Notes under the pieces: model-generated
What the model was told of the DNA's origin: nothing
The model's input: the letters and a program-made list of their open reading frames with translations, nothing else
Databases searched by the model: none
Made by a program: the position numbers and the translations under genes
In this document: one piece after another, positions 24,848 to 37,436 of the stretch
Numbering within the stretch: position 1 is the first letter of the stretch
Layout: each line of letters begins with the position of its first letter
NCBI RefSeq assembly: GCF_001447785.1
Contig: NW_015169227.1
Location: forward strand, 1-64,000
DNA length: 64,000 bases
Reading direction: 5' to 3'
Source of the DNA: Gekko japonicus
Lineage: Eukaryota

Positions 24848-25198
24848 AAGTAAAGGTAAAGGTTCCCTTGCTCGAAAGCCAGTCGAATCCGACTCTAGGG
24901 TTGCGGTACTCATCTCCGTTTCAAAGCCGAAGAGCCAGCGCTGTCCGAAGATGTGTCCGTGGTCATGTGGCCGGCATGACTAAACACCAAGGCGCACAGA
25001 ACGCTGTTACCTTCCCACCGAAGTGGTACCTATTTATCTACTTGCAGTTTCTTGCTTTCGAACTGCTAGGTTGGCAGGAGCTGGAACTAGAGATGGGAGC
25101 TCACTCCATCATGCGGCACCCGGGTCTCGAACTGCTGAACTACTGACCTTCTACAGCCTGCAGTTCAGTGTCTTAACCACTTGAGCCACCGCAGCTCC
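24848..25198 (-). mobile_element. Sauria SINE, full length
   Basis: (ACCTTT)n tail and tRNA-like head on the minus strand; 13-bp TSD ttaggcttaggta. Confidence 0.92.
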
Positions 25199-27419
25199 TT
25201 AGGCTTAGGTACTGGACAGCAAAAGACAATGCAGTTACCAAAAATAAAGAAAAAAGTTGAGGGAGACTAGCTAAATAGAGAGACTGCCAAGTTCTGTGAC
25301 ATAAGTAATCAAGGTCATTAGGCCAGAGCCCCCAAATTACGGCCCACAACATATAAAGAGAAATCTTCTGGAGAAAGGAGTTAAATTACATGCAGAATGT
25401 ATGTAAATTATTTGTGGTGAAGAGACTATAATCACCAAACTGATATAGAACTAAATGAGTAACTCTAGTGCTCCAAGTGACCTCTATCGAGGAGAGTTAA
25501 AGTTTGTTGAAACAGATGAATGGACAACTGTACCTACACTTCCTTGAGTGTGCTATAATTACAGTGAACATGTCAGTGCCTTTGATTCCCCCCCCCCCTA
25601 AACAATGTAAGGAGCATAAGTTGCAATAAACATGCTCAATCAGATCATAGTACATTTAGGACATTGCATAATCATCTGGAAAAATTTCCAATTCCAGTTT
25701 TTATAGAAAACCCACAACACTGCTCTCTGGGCAACATGAACATAAACAAAATACTTTCAGAACACACATGTAAGAGTGGTGCTAAAAGGCCACTAAAATC
25801 ATACTGAGGTATCCAAGCTGGCGGACTTTAGATCTTTGAGACTTATGTTTTCACATTTGTATGTGTGAGAAGCAGGTTAGGCTAAGAAAGTTGGCATGTT
25901 GAGCTGGCAGCTTGCAGTCTCAGGAATCCACATCAGAAATTATATCATAATTTCATGTAACCTTTTTGGCCCAGGGTAATCTGAATGTTTTGTATCATCC
26001 TGGGGAACAAAAGTTTTAGCTGCTGCCAGCCATTGAGTTCTGATTCCAAACTATATGAAAGAACGGACACTATCTAGCCACCTGTGGTTCTCCTTCAAAG
26101 TACCAACTCCTACGATTTTCTTCAGAAAGCAAGTAATGATTTATGACATAAGAAATCTCAGGAGCTCAAAGAGGGGAAAGGTGTGGACACACCACAATGG
26201 GAAAGTGTTTAAAAGTAATTTACATGGAGCAACACATATCACTGTTTGCCACGATTAACACCTCTGGCAACATCATGCCACCAGTCTGGAACGTGGTTAA
26301 CTGTATCATGCAGACAAGGCCTAAATTATCAAGAATATTCTGAATAAGGACAGTAAACCTATGCTCCCTTATGTTACAGCAGGGATTTGCAAGGGATTCT
26401 TTCAATAAACCTTTTTATGCACAAGAAAAAAATGGCATTTTAGATTAGCATTTCCTGCTATAAAGCCCAATATGTACATTCAATAATTTCAGACAATTTC
26501 ATCCTATATTGCTTCATCCATCTAGTACATTTTAATGCCACTCTTCCTCCAGTGCACTCAGAACAACATACATAATTTTGCATCTCTCAGTTTATCCTTA
26601 CAACATCCCAAGAAAAGGATTAGACTGGGAGAGTAACTATCCCAAGATCATCTAGCAAGCTTCATCATCAGAGACGGATTTGAACCTATGTCAGACACTA
26701 ACTGCTCCAATACAGTAGCTCTCATCTAACAAAATCAGCAGTCCTTAAATGATTGACAGATCATAAAGTTTAGTATATTTGTCCATCACAAACAGTGACT
26801 GAAATAGCTAGAGAAAATGTAATGAAATATTGTAGAAATATCATTCTTTATCATACTGGAATGGCAAACTACATGTATTTAATGTTGAAACAACCAGAAC
26901 AGACACAGCAGCTTGTAGTGTACTGAGAGACATGTGCTTGAGCAAAAGAACTTTAAGTACATTCACAAGGAGGCAGTATATGAGTTACCTGTTATATTAA
27001 TTTCAGAAATATAAAAAAGAACAGATGGTTGGGGTGGGAAGAGAAATTTAATTAGCTGCCTCCCCAAACTGTAAAAATCTTCAGAATCAGCAAGAAAGCA
27101 AAATGCTGCCATCTGCAGGAAGCCACCCTAGTTCTCAACACTCTACACACTAATAAGAGCAGAACATATTATCTTCACCACAAGAATCTGTAACAACTAC
27201 ATTATTATCATGTATCTAAAGGCAGCAACCAACAGAGAAGTCTGAATTTTCTGTATAAACTGAATGTACAAAGCATTCTGGTCACAAAACTACTTTCATT
27301 GTTTAAAATTGCATAAAGTACTGAACTTAGAGTAATGAACAAGGAAGATATCCCAGCAGAGCTATGACAATAGTTCTGCATAGTAAAACAAATAGTCTGA
27401 TTTTAATAAATGTCTATAT

Positions 27420-28060
27420 TCCTCCCCTTTCACTAAAAGTCCAATTAGATTAAGCTTGGAGCTCCCTAGAGAGTTATATAGTAAATCTAATTGCGGAGCA
27501 TCCAGAGGCCAATGTTTTACTTCTTGGAGATTTCAATGCTCGCCTTGGCCCAGATGATCCAAGTCTGGAATTTAAATATAAGGAATTTTTAATGACTCGT
27601 GCGACTCTTATAAATTTTCTCCTCTTCCTAGGTGTTTTAAGGATTCCACTTCAAATGTGGCAGGTTTATATCTAGCCAAAATGGCCTACAAGTTGGGTCT
27701 GTACATTTTAAATGGTACTTTCTTGGAAGATTATCCGGCTGAGTTTACCTATATGTCGGGTCAGAGACTTAGCACTATTGATTATATGCTAGCGTGTGCC
27801 TCTCTATTACCTCTAATAACTAACTTTAAGGTGCTTCCATTTTTTGATAGTGACCACTTCCCCCTCTTCGTCCAATTTAAGTTTTCTTCTTTATTTCAAG
27901 CCACTTCCCTTCAGCCTTTACATGAAGGTTCCCAAGTATTAGGTCATAGGGTGAGATGGTCTCCCCAGATGCAAGCAAAACTCAGAAAAGTAATTGAGGC
28001 TAAAGGTTCCCAAATTTTCAAAACTATTTATCAGGAATTTAACATACAGCAATACCTTTA
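27420..28060 (+). mobile_element. Non-LTR retrotransposon APE endonuclease fragment (RTE-X-like)
   Basis: LLGDFNARLG, ILNG, FTY..., STIDY, SDHFPL motifs. Confidence 0.85.
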
Positions 28061-30181
28061 ACATGTCAATGTGGACCCTGATGGGAAGGGGAAAAGAAAA
28101 GGGCAAGGAAGTGAAGACCTGGGTAGGGATGTACACCTAAAAAATTGTATTTTCCAGATCTGGTTATCAGGGAGCTGAAAAATATCAGTATTCTCGGTTA
28201 TCCAGTTTCCAATTGGTTTGGTATTCCTTCCCCCCTCTCCGAGCATTTTTCAGATACATATTTGGACCAGATATATCTAAACGCACATTCCTAAAGCTGT
28301 GTTAGATTTAAGATAGATTTCCCAGTCAATGAAATACAGCTATTACGCACACACAACTACAATTGTTTAGCTTTATTATTAAATCTAATTCAGTTTTGTA
28401 ACATAGAGAGCAAAAGGAAAACAGATGGGTCATATTAGGATGATTTACACATCTCCCACCACTGTTTTCTGCTCCCTGAAAATACAATTGATCTTTCGTT
28501 TACCCTTCTCTCATAATGAATTTGCCTCAGTGCATTCAGAGATGGCTCCCATATGGTTAAGATGCATGCATTAATTAATATGCAATTAATAAAACTCTCT
28601 GATCATCAGCTTTTGTTCAAAGAGGCAGCTTGTCCGCATATCAAATGCTAATTAGACAAATGAAGATAGACCACTTTTGTTCAGCAATGAACTGATAGGC
28701 TACTGTAACCAGTCCTCTTAAGATTTTCTGAAAGGGCGTCAATAAGCAGAGTGCAGAAGATTCAATTCCCACAAAAAGGAACTATTACATCAACAAATTA
28801 ATGGATCATTACAAATAGTGTAAAGCTCCTGGTGCTCTCTTTTTTCTAACAGGCAATACATGAACTACTCCAGAACAATCTTTGGATTTGAGGGTAGATT
28901 AAAGTAAAATTGAGGGTTTTTTTCAGCAAACAAGGTCAGACACTATTTGCTGAAAAGTGCATACTGTTGAAGCTGTTACTGCTTTTTATTTCAACACCCC
29001 CAACACTAGAAATGCTGTTGAGAGAGAAAGCTTCACTACTGCTTTCTAAACATTTTTAAAGACATTGGTGCTTTCTAAGCAGGTATCAAAACAGAGACAC
29101 AAACTTTCATTGTCATCAGAAGGAACACTTACTTCACCATACTAACAGGGACTATCCTAAACAGAATTATATCACCTTCTAAATCCATTGAAGTTAATGG
29201 GTTTAGAAGGAAAGAACACTATTTTGGTTTACACCGTACATAGGGTTACAAGGCAGTGGGAGACTGGGGGATGATGAGGACATGGGAGGGATGGCTGCTG
29301 GCAACATAGCAATATCACTTCTGGGAAAAACCCAGACGTGCCCAGACGTGATGTCACGCCTCTCCATGAATTGCTGAAAACTCTATGGCAAGGACCAACA
29401 TTACTTCCAGGGTTTATCCCCTGGAAATGATGTCATACTGTTGGGCAGATCGCCACTTTGTTGTTGATTTCTCTTGTTGTTGCTCCAAGCAGCAGCAGAA
29501 AACAAGTGGGGTGCAGAGGATCCCCCAACTCCATCAAGAGCCTAGCAGCTGGAACTGTACATTTTGTAGATAGTGTTCAGATTGTCAATAGCTCTTTTGC
29601 TAGCAGCTACCATATTATTTAACTCTCAAAAATCAGGAAAATAAGATCTCTACAGGTTTTCTTGCGGGTGACAAGTTGTTTGTCAGGGAAGGTAGCCAGG
29701 CACTGTAACTGGCTGTAGCCCAAGCTCTTTAGCAGGTAAGCTGTTAAAATTTCTCCAGTGTCTTTACTGTAGATATGGCAAAGTCTAGATGAGCCACTAT
29801 TGAGCTTAGAGTCCAAGTACATCTTATGCCATTTTTATTTTAACCAGCTGTTTTTACATGCGAGCATAGTTTCCAGGATACACTCACTCATTCATTCATT
29901 CCATTTGTATCCCGCTGTCCCCCACTTGTCAAGGAGGAAAATGGCACAGGAAGAGAGGAAGACTTTAACCCTTTCCTCCCGTTTCCTCACTAAGAAATGC
30001 TATCCCCAACCTTCTTTTACCGCCTGTGGAATCTGTAAGTTCCTAATCAACTGAACCTGTAAATTCCTAAACAACTACTGAAAAGTAATTTGGTCACTGC
30101 CACAAAACAGTAAAACTCTGCTTCACTGGAAAGTAATCAAAACTTTTGGTGTCATTGGGAAAAGCTAGAATTCTCTACTGG

Positions 30182-30540
30182 AGCCCCGGTCACATGGGCC
30201 GGATATCGCAAGGGGGGAGGCGTGGCTAATTGCCCCGGCGCAGTTTGATCCACAATCAGATGCGCCGGCGGCACACCACTGGTCCTTCCCTCGGCGCCGG
30301 TGGGTAAACGAGGGACCGGAGGGGAATGCCACGCGCTGGCGCAATCACACCACGGGCGTCTGGAGGTACCCTGTGGCAAACGTTTACTAGTACCTTGGAG
30401 GTACTAGTTTTTTAACGCGCATTGTCAGCAGTAAGCCATGGGTGCGCTCCACTTCCCAGATGTTGGGGTGTGATTGCGCCCAGATAATCCGCCCACCATC
30501 CGTGCCTCTCCCGCGGCAACTTTGCCGTGTGACCAGGGCC
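30182..30540. mobile_element. CpG-rich MITE (PIF/Harbinger-like termini)
   Basis: Ends gccccggtcacatgg / ccgtgtgaccagggc; central hairpin actagtacct-tgg-aggtactagt. Confidence 0.7.
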
Positions 30541-31779
30541 TACGTTTGGCTTTTAAAAGTCAGAGTTTTCGGCATCTTCAGTCTCAGTTTGACTGTGATA
30601 CATGAAAATTAAGTACATGCCTTTCTTCCCTCCTCACAACATCAACACTATCTGACCTGAAAGTACTCTTCGTGCATACGAATAGGTAGGCATTCCACTG
30701 CAATTTGAGAGCATCTCTTAATCAAGGCCAGTGACTTCCTCTAGGCCAGGAGAAACATGGACGCATGGATGAGCATACAGCTCCTTGAGACAAAAATCTA
30801 CTACCATCAGGGAGATTAAAGAGATTACAATGAGTACATTTTCTAAAACCCATCATTCCCAATATATATTATAGTCTGAACGTTTTGTGTTTAAGCATAC
30901 ATCATTTCCAGCAGTCAATTCTTTTAAATTCCAGAGGTTTCAGCTGTAAAGCCTGACAATAAACTGCAGAGTGATTTCATATACACAGAGCACAACCGAG
31001 ATGAGGATAGCACACTTAAGCATTCTGACCAATGCACATACGAAAAGGGAATTTGCAACTCCACATACAACTAGAGAGCACACAGCTCCCTAGAGGAAGA
31101 TAAGAATTTCCTTTTTTAAACATGAGAAGATGTTTCAGAGAGCAGTAGCATAAGCGCACCTGTAAAACTGCTTTTTGCAACGTTTTGTAAAGTGCAAAAC
31201 CAGCCTAGCAGAACAAAGTCAATAACCTTCATGCAGAAATACCTCCCCCTTTTCTCTGTAGTTTTCTCCACAAATTCTAGCAAGTTCTTAATTTTATGAT
31301 GAGCTAGCAAAATACCCAGAAGTGTGATTAGTATTAACTGCAGACAGAACTATGAGTGAATAGCACTACCAACAACCTGAAGAGAAAAAATGCCCTGCCC
31401 CTTTAACAGAGACTTAATGGGATGTGTATAGAAAAATTGCTTTCTGCTTTCTATATCCACATGCCTTCTCCTGTGATTACATTATGATAACATGCTGTGT
31501 ATTATTTCCTGTTGCAAGCCAAATGGTGAGGCCACATGGCCTCAACAGCCACATTCTTTCACACCTTCATGCCAAAAGCCAGACCTCATGGCTCCACTTC
31601 CTGGCCCACATAAGACAAGTCACGTACACAATGAAGTAGCTGGACTTTGGGGTCACATGACCGCAGGCGGGATCTCCAAACTCCTAGCCAGTCTATACAC
31701 ACACCTTATGTGCAGCTATGGCAACCTGAAATTGGTCACACACCCCTGCTGCTCATGATTGGCCGAATGGCCACAGCTA

Positions 31780-32446
31780 ATCATGATTAGATTGGGGTAT
31801 AATTGTTTGATCCCTATGGGAGTGACTCTCTTCTTGTTCTCGAGTCTCTTGTTCTATTAGCTCTGAGGCTCTTGCTGCCTGTTTTATTGCACCTGAAATG
31901 CTGTCTCTTGGAAAACAAAGACCTGCTTGGTGACTTGGAGCACATGGGTGTGCAAAGATGGGATTTCCCTTCAAAATCCCTTGGACTATTCTGGACTGTT
32001 GGATGTTCCTGAATTGGTAACTATGTATCTTTAATGTGTAGTTAAGGCAAAGAGCCATAGGTTTTTCTTGTTTTCAGTAATCTCTGATAGTCTGTTGCTA
32101 AGCTCTGTACTGAATAAAGATCCTTCTTATTGCTAATTTGTCTCTGATGTTGTAACTTGAATTCCAAGTCTAAATCTTGTAGCTAACCCTGACCACTTAA
32201 GCTACCTTGGTAAGAGTAAAAGTGGGCATCTCTGGATTGAGTTGCTAATGTGTTCTGTCCCAGATGCCAACTAAGGGCTGAATCTCTCCCTTAGGAAAAG
32301 CAGGGACTATTGAAATGAGATTCTGGTGGCAATTGTTCTGAAACCAGAGAGGGCATAGACCATCTCGTGGTTTGTTGTTTAATGTACTGAAAAGTACAGG
32401 ATTCCCTCTCATCCCTGGACTGGCCTGGGTGGGCTAATCCTGTACA
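31780..32446 (+). mobile_element. LTR-like element
   Basis: gggtataa TATA near 31796, AATAAA near 32114, ends ...cctgtaca. Boundaries uncertain. Confidence 0.4.
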
Positions 32447-32951
32447 GGATGTTATTTACCAAGGGATGCTATTTGCCTACATGCCATGAAAAGCTTCACC
32501 TGGCCATTTGCACACTAAGTCTCTATAGGGAGGGGCAGGACATTTTTCTCCAGGCTGTTATTAACCTTAGGAGTGAAAGTCACCACACATATGAGTATGC
32601 ATGCATATGCTCATATTCAGCAGGTTCTTACAAGTGTTAGTTGGACAATATATTCCTGCCCAAGTCACAACCAAAAGAGAGGAAGGAATTGTTCTCCTCC
32701 TACCCACCACCACAGACCTCATAACCAACAAGAACATTCTTTAACTCTCACAAGCTCTACTGGTGTGTATCTGTACCTCCTAGGTCAGAGGAGAACACAC
32801 TGCCTCAGAAGCATGCAAGGCTTGAAAGCAAAGATATTCATTGTGTTAATAGTGCATCTGTTTAATTTGACTTCCATGGAATGCATTTTTAATATGTGGT
32901 ATCTCTTTGCCCAGTATTGATGTAGCATAAACAGGTAATAATACTTGCTTA

Positions 32952-33293
32952 CAGGGGTCATTTCGTAGAAAAAGAGCTAGGGGAACTCATTAGCATAACT
33001 CATTAGCATATGCCACACCCCCTGACATCAGGGGCCCGGCGGTGGACCTGCAAGGCCAGCGGGAGTGTGAGGAAGCCCCGCCAAGGCCCTCCCTGGCCCC
33101 AGGCAGGCAGGGGTGGGGAGAGGCGGGGAGGAAGCAACTTACCCTCCCTCTTCTCCTGCCTCCTCCTGGCTGAATGAGGGCTGGAAGCAAGGCGGCCGGA
33201 AGCAGGGGGCGGGGCTTCATCATGTGCCCTGCCCCCCTGCACCTCACCCGGGGAAACTGCGTTCCCCCGCATTCCCCCCCGAAATGACCTCTG
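32952..33293. mobile_element. Young non-autonomous hAT element
   Basis: TIR caggggtcatttcg / cgaaatgacctctg; perfect 8-bp TSD cttgctta. Confidence 0.92.
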
Positions 33294-34427
33294 CTTGCTT
33301 ATATTTCCAACTTAACTATCCATCATGTGCATTTTAAAGCATCAGAACCTTGGCATTTGTTTCAACTTTTTTTGCTTTTCTGTCTTAAGAAGCAATAAAA
33401 CAATGCTTGTTAAAAACAGACATTGAAGTGTCATGCCAGAGATGTTAAAGAGATACTCATAAAGGCAGACTGAAATAATAAAAAAAATGTTTCTTTGCAA
33501 GTGAGAAAAGTTATTTTTATTAACTCACCATCATGAAAAGATACTGAAGCAATCATTCTAATTTAGCTGTAGACATGAGTGATCAGTTCTAGAATAGTCT
33601 AATTTAAAAATAAGGGTATTTTATTATGAAGCACTTACCCTAAAGAATTCATAGCTTCTGAAAAAGAAATAGCTAAATGTTTTAAAAGCATATAGTCAGT
33701 TATGGTGTAAACTGATGCTGAACAGGCATTTCTGACACAGTATACGTTTAGCAGTTTAAATCCTGTTCCCTGTGCTTTGTCACTGGCTGTCTGCCAGAAG
33801 TCAGTCCAGGTTGTTGGGTTTGTATGTCACTGTGGACGTGCAAGCTATGACAGAAGGGATATCACAGGATCAGTTAGCTTGTCTACTGCTTCCCTTTTGT
33901 CCTGCCTTCTCAACTAGACAACGGATGATTTTCAATATGCTATCTATACAGAATAAATCTCAAAGACAGAATTATATACCTGTGCACTTTGCAACTAACT
34001 ACCTTATGTATTCAGAGTATTATCACTGAACTGGAGCATTTTAAACAAACTTGTCTGTCAATATAAAGTTTTTAACTTGGAAGAGGCAGAACCTAAATGA
34101 TGGGCAAAGGCTGGGCCCAGGAACTAGGCAAGTAGTGTGGTTGGTAGAGAGTACAGAAGCTAATCATTGTCATCAACATTATTGTATTCCAAGAAAAACC
34201 AAAATTTACATGTTTACTTGAAATAACCAAGAGGAGAAAGAGATTTGGTCCAAATCTTGTTCCATGCAAATTTTTTAAAAGTTGATGAAGCTATATCCCT
34301 TAGCCTATCTGCATGGACCAGCATTATTGGAAGCCAATGCAATTACTGTTTTCACAGATTTTTGTTTTACATACAAACTCCCTCATAGGAATATTAAATA
34401 CCTGTTTTCCATTAAGCAATCTTAAGA

Positions 34428-34832
34428 CTAAGAACATAAGAACATAAGAGATGCTAATGTTGGATCAGGCCAATGGCTCATCTAGTCCAACACTCTGTCA
34501 CACAGTGGCCAAAAATACCAGGTGCCATCAGGAGGTCCAGCAGTGGGGCCAGGACACTAGAAGCCCTCCCACTGTTGCCCCCCCCCAGCACCAAGAATAC
34601 AGTGCATCACTTGCCCCAGACTGAGAGTTCCTATCTATATCTTGTGGCTAATAGCCACTGATGGACCTCTGCTCCATATGTTTATCCAATTCCCTCTTGA
34701 AGTCATCCATGCTTGTAGCCACCACCACCTCTGTGGCAGTGAATTCCATGTGTTAATCACTCTTTGGGTGAGGAAGTACTTCCTTTTATCCGTTCTAACT
34801 CGACTGCTCAGCAATTTCGTTGAGTGCCCACG
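34428..34832 (-). mobile_element. CR1 LINE 3' fragment
   Basis: RTDKRKYFLTQRVINTWNSLP; (aagaacat)n tail seen on the plus strand. Confidence 0.88.
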
Positions 34833-34905
34833 ACTACAACAAGCTCTCCAGCCCTCTCTGACAAGGTGGCTTATTCCACCCTGCTTTTGGTACTCCATTG
34901 CAACA

Positions 34906-35075
34906 AGGGTTGCCAACTGTGGTTTGGGAAATTCATGGAGACTTTGGAGGGGGAGCCTGGGGAGGGTGGGGTTTGAGGAAGGGAGGGAACTCAGCAAGGT
35001 ATGATGTCATAGGGTCCACCCTCCAAAGCAGCCATTTTCTCCAGGGGTACTGATCTCTGTCGCCTGGAGGCTGTC
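34906..35075. mobile_element. hAT Blackjack-like MITE fragment (related copies near 23790-24028, 29240-29540, 43110-43200, 47254-47545)
   Basis: agggttgcca terminus and shared internal ccaccctccaaagcagccattttctccagggg. Confidence 0.7.
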
Positions 35076-36017
35076 AATCCTAATTGTAACTGGACACATT
35101 TTACATTTCCGGTGCTCAATCTACCAATTTTGGGGTTTTTTCCCTAATACTATGCATATACAATGTGAAAATCATCATCATCATCATATCCTCAGTCTCT
35201 GTACAAGTTGCTGACCTTTCAAATGCCTTTTTTCAACCTTATCCTCACATGTGGCAATAGGGAATGCAAAGCAGGCAGCAAGGCAAAGCAGCAGATGCAC
35301 AGGGACTGGTAGTAGCCCTGAGGTCAAGAGGTACAGTTTTCTCAGCAGTTAATTGAGTTGCACTGCCTTAAGTCTATACTGACCTATTCTGTCCCTTTTC
35401 ACTTTGATTTGCACCTGCTACTGAGCTCAATTAGACAAGGAGCTCGACTCTGTTTTGGTTCAGGTTAACCAGTGGAAGCATGATTTCTTTTACCACTATT
35501 AGGAAAGAACCTCCCTAACCAAAATTTCCTTCTGCAGGGCACAGGGCGGTAAGATGAGGCTTGCAGAAAGAAAGTGAAAAATGTTTGCTGTTGTTGTGAT
35601 CCTTAAAAATAAAGCCAAAAGTCAACTTACATTCATAAAGATTATCCTTCCAATAAGCACATACTGGACACCAAAATCAATCATTTTGTTCCTAGATCTT
35701 GGCTTTACTCCTTGCACACTTTTTCATTAAGATAACATTAACAAATTGTTATGGCAAAGGGGAATATCTTTTCTCTGGCTTCTACAGTAACAACTAATTG
35801 TAACACTTCTTTAGATGTGAGTTTTCAGAAAGTATGAAAACATGCTAAAAATGACTTTCCCCAACATTTTTAACTACTGGTTTGCTTATTAAAACAAAAG
35901 TATTCAGTAAAAAGGAACTTAAAACATAAACATATATATTCTTAATAAAAATAATGATGACCATTTCTTTAATCCACTTTAATAGTAAGAATAAATTATA
36001 GGTAAGAGGCAGGGCAT

Positions 36018-36115
36018 TGAGCAAACTTCAGAGGACGGTGGAAGACAGGAAGGCCTGGCGTGATCTGGTCCCTGGAGTCGCAAAGAGTCGGACTCGACTG
36101 TGCGACTGAACAACA
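36018..36115 (+). mobile_element. Bov-B 3' end, about 100 bp
   Basis: Bov-B terminal sequence; 14-bp TSD aagaggcagggcat. Confidence 0.9.
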
Positions 36116-37249
36116 AAGAGGCAGGGCATGCATATTAAGGCATTTGGATGAATCAGGGGACTAAAAACAGAGCTTTAACTCTAATATAACAGAACTAAGC
36201 CATTGTACTTAGTTATTACTGTCAAGTTCCTTGTAAATTACCTTAATTTTAATGGAGGACCTTTTGAAGGACTGAAAGCTATCTGTAAGGTTTAGTCACA
36301 GAACAAACTTTGTTGTGAAATACTCTGCTGGTCACTTGATTTGCAAGTTACAGATGAAGAGGTATAACCTATTCACCCTTTGACTGGCAGTGATCTTGAG
36401 ATTGCTATTAGATTAAAAAATGGTCAGTTAAAAAAAGAGGAGCAAGTAAGTGCAAGGAATGTAGTTCGGGCATTTTCATGAGTGGGGGATAGTAAACAGA
36501 TCGAAAAGTAGCATGACTGGAAAGATAAGGAATCAGCAGAGCTGGAGGTTAGTTTGTTCTCTAACTCCAAAACATCAGCAGGGAGTTGTTAGGAAAATGC
36601 TTTTTCCTCTCTCACATACTTTCCTGAGCCATCCCAAGAACTGCTAGGTGCCTTACTCGAACACAGAGATTAAGAGAGAAGCAAAATTATAACTATGGGC
36701 TGAACTATTTGGCTTGATCCCACCCAACATAGCCACTGACAGAAAGATTTCTGTTAGCAGAAAGTAACTTTCTCACCTCCCATCTCCTGCTGGACTGAAA
36801 GCCCCCCCCCCCCCCCTTCCCGGGGGGGAGGGAATAAAGGGGGCAATGATGGACGTGCTATAGGTGGGGTTAACTGGCAAAAAACTTCTATGGATTGATT
36901 CCGACTCTTTGAGTAAATTGCAAGATTTGGTATTTTCAATACAGGAGATCGAAAGCTAGCTTTATGGAACAACAACAAAAAATCTCCTAAATTTATAAAA
37001 CACTAGTTAACAGCATCAAATTTCATTTTAATGTAAATCAAACACTTTTGGTGCTAAATAAATATTAAATAGCGGTATGTGTCATCTAGTTCTTTAAAAC
37101 ATTCATACAATGATAAATTATATTTACCTAAGTCGTAAGAGAAAAACATATGTACTTCTCTATATGAAAGAAGTTATATATATGAAAGAAGTTATACACA
37201 AGGCATCTGAAAACAGAAATTATTAGTAACACACAAGAACTATTCTTAC

Positions 37250-37436
37250 TTGGCCACAAGGTACTGTCATCTCTGCTCAGCAATGTGTTTCCAAGGTGCT
37301 CATGGACTTTAGTGTGACTGCTGGAATAGAGTGGAATAAGTTCTTCTTCATCGTCATTGCAACTGAGCTGCCACTTATTTCTGTGCAGGCAGCAAACTAC
37401 CGGATCTGAAGGCAGGCACTGCATATAGGCAATCAT
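37250..37436 (-). CDS. NHSL1: Candidate NHSL1 alternative first coding exon (62 aa, MIAYMQCLPSDPVVCCLHRNKWQLSCNDDEEELIPL...STLWP)
   Basis: aaaATG, 62 open codons plus 1 nt, donor CCAA|gtaaga, phase 1, in unique sequence. Homology not verified. Confidence 0.62.

Noticed and set aside
24829-25146. Repeated similar ~100-aa ORFs (also 47840, 52852, 60920) as a gene family
   Set aside because: They are antisense frames of Sauria SINE copies.
33633-33655. ATG followed by a strong gtaagt donor (similar cases near 29130, 38022, 57188, 62055)
   Set aside because: These are phase 2, out of frame with the common exon; such motifs are expected by chance.
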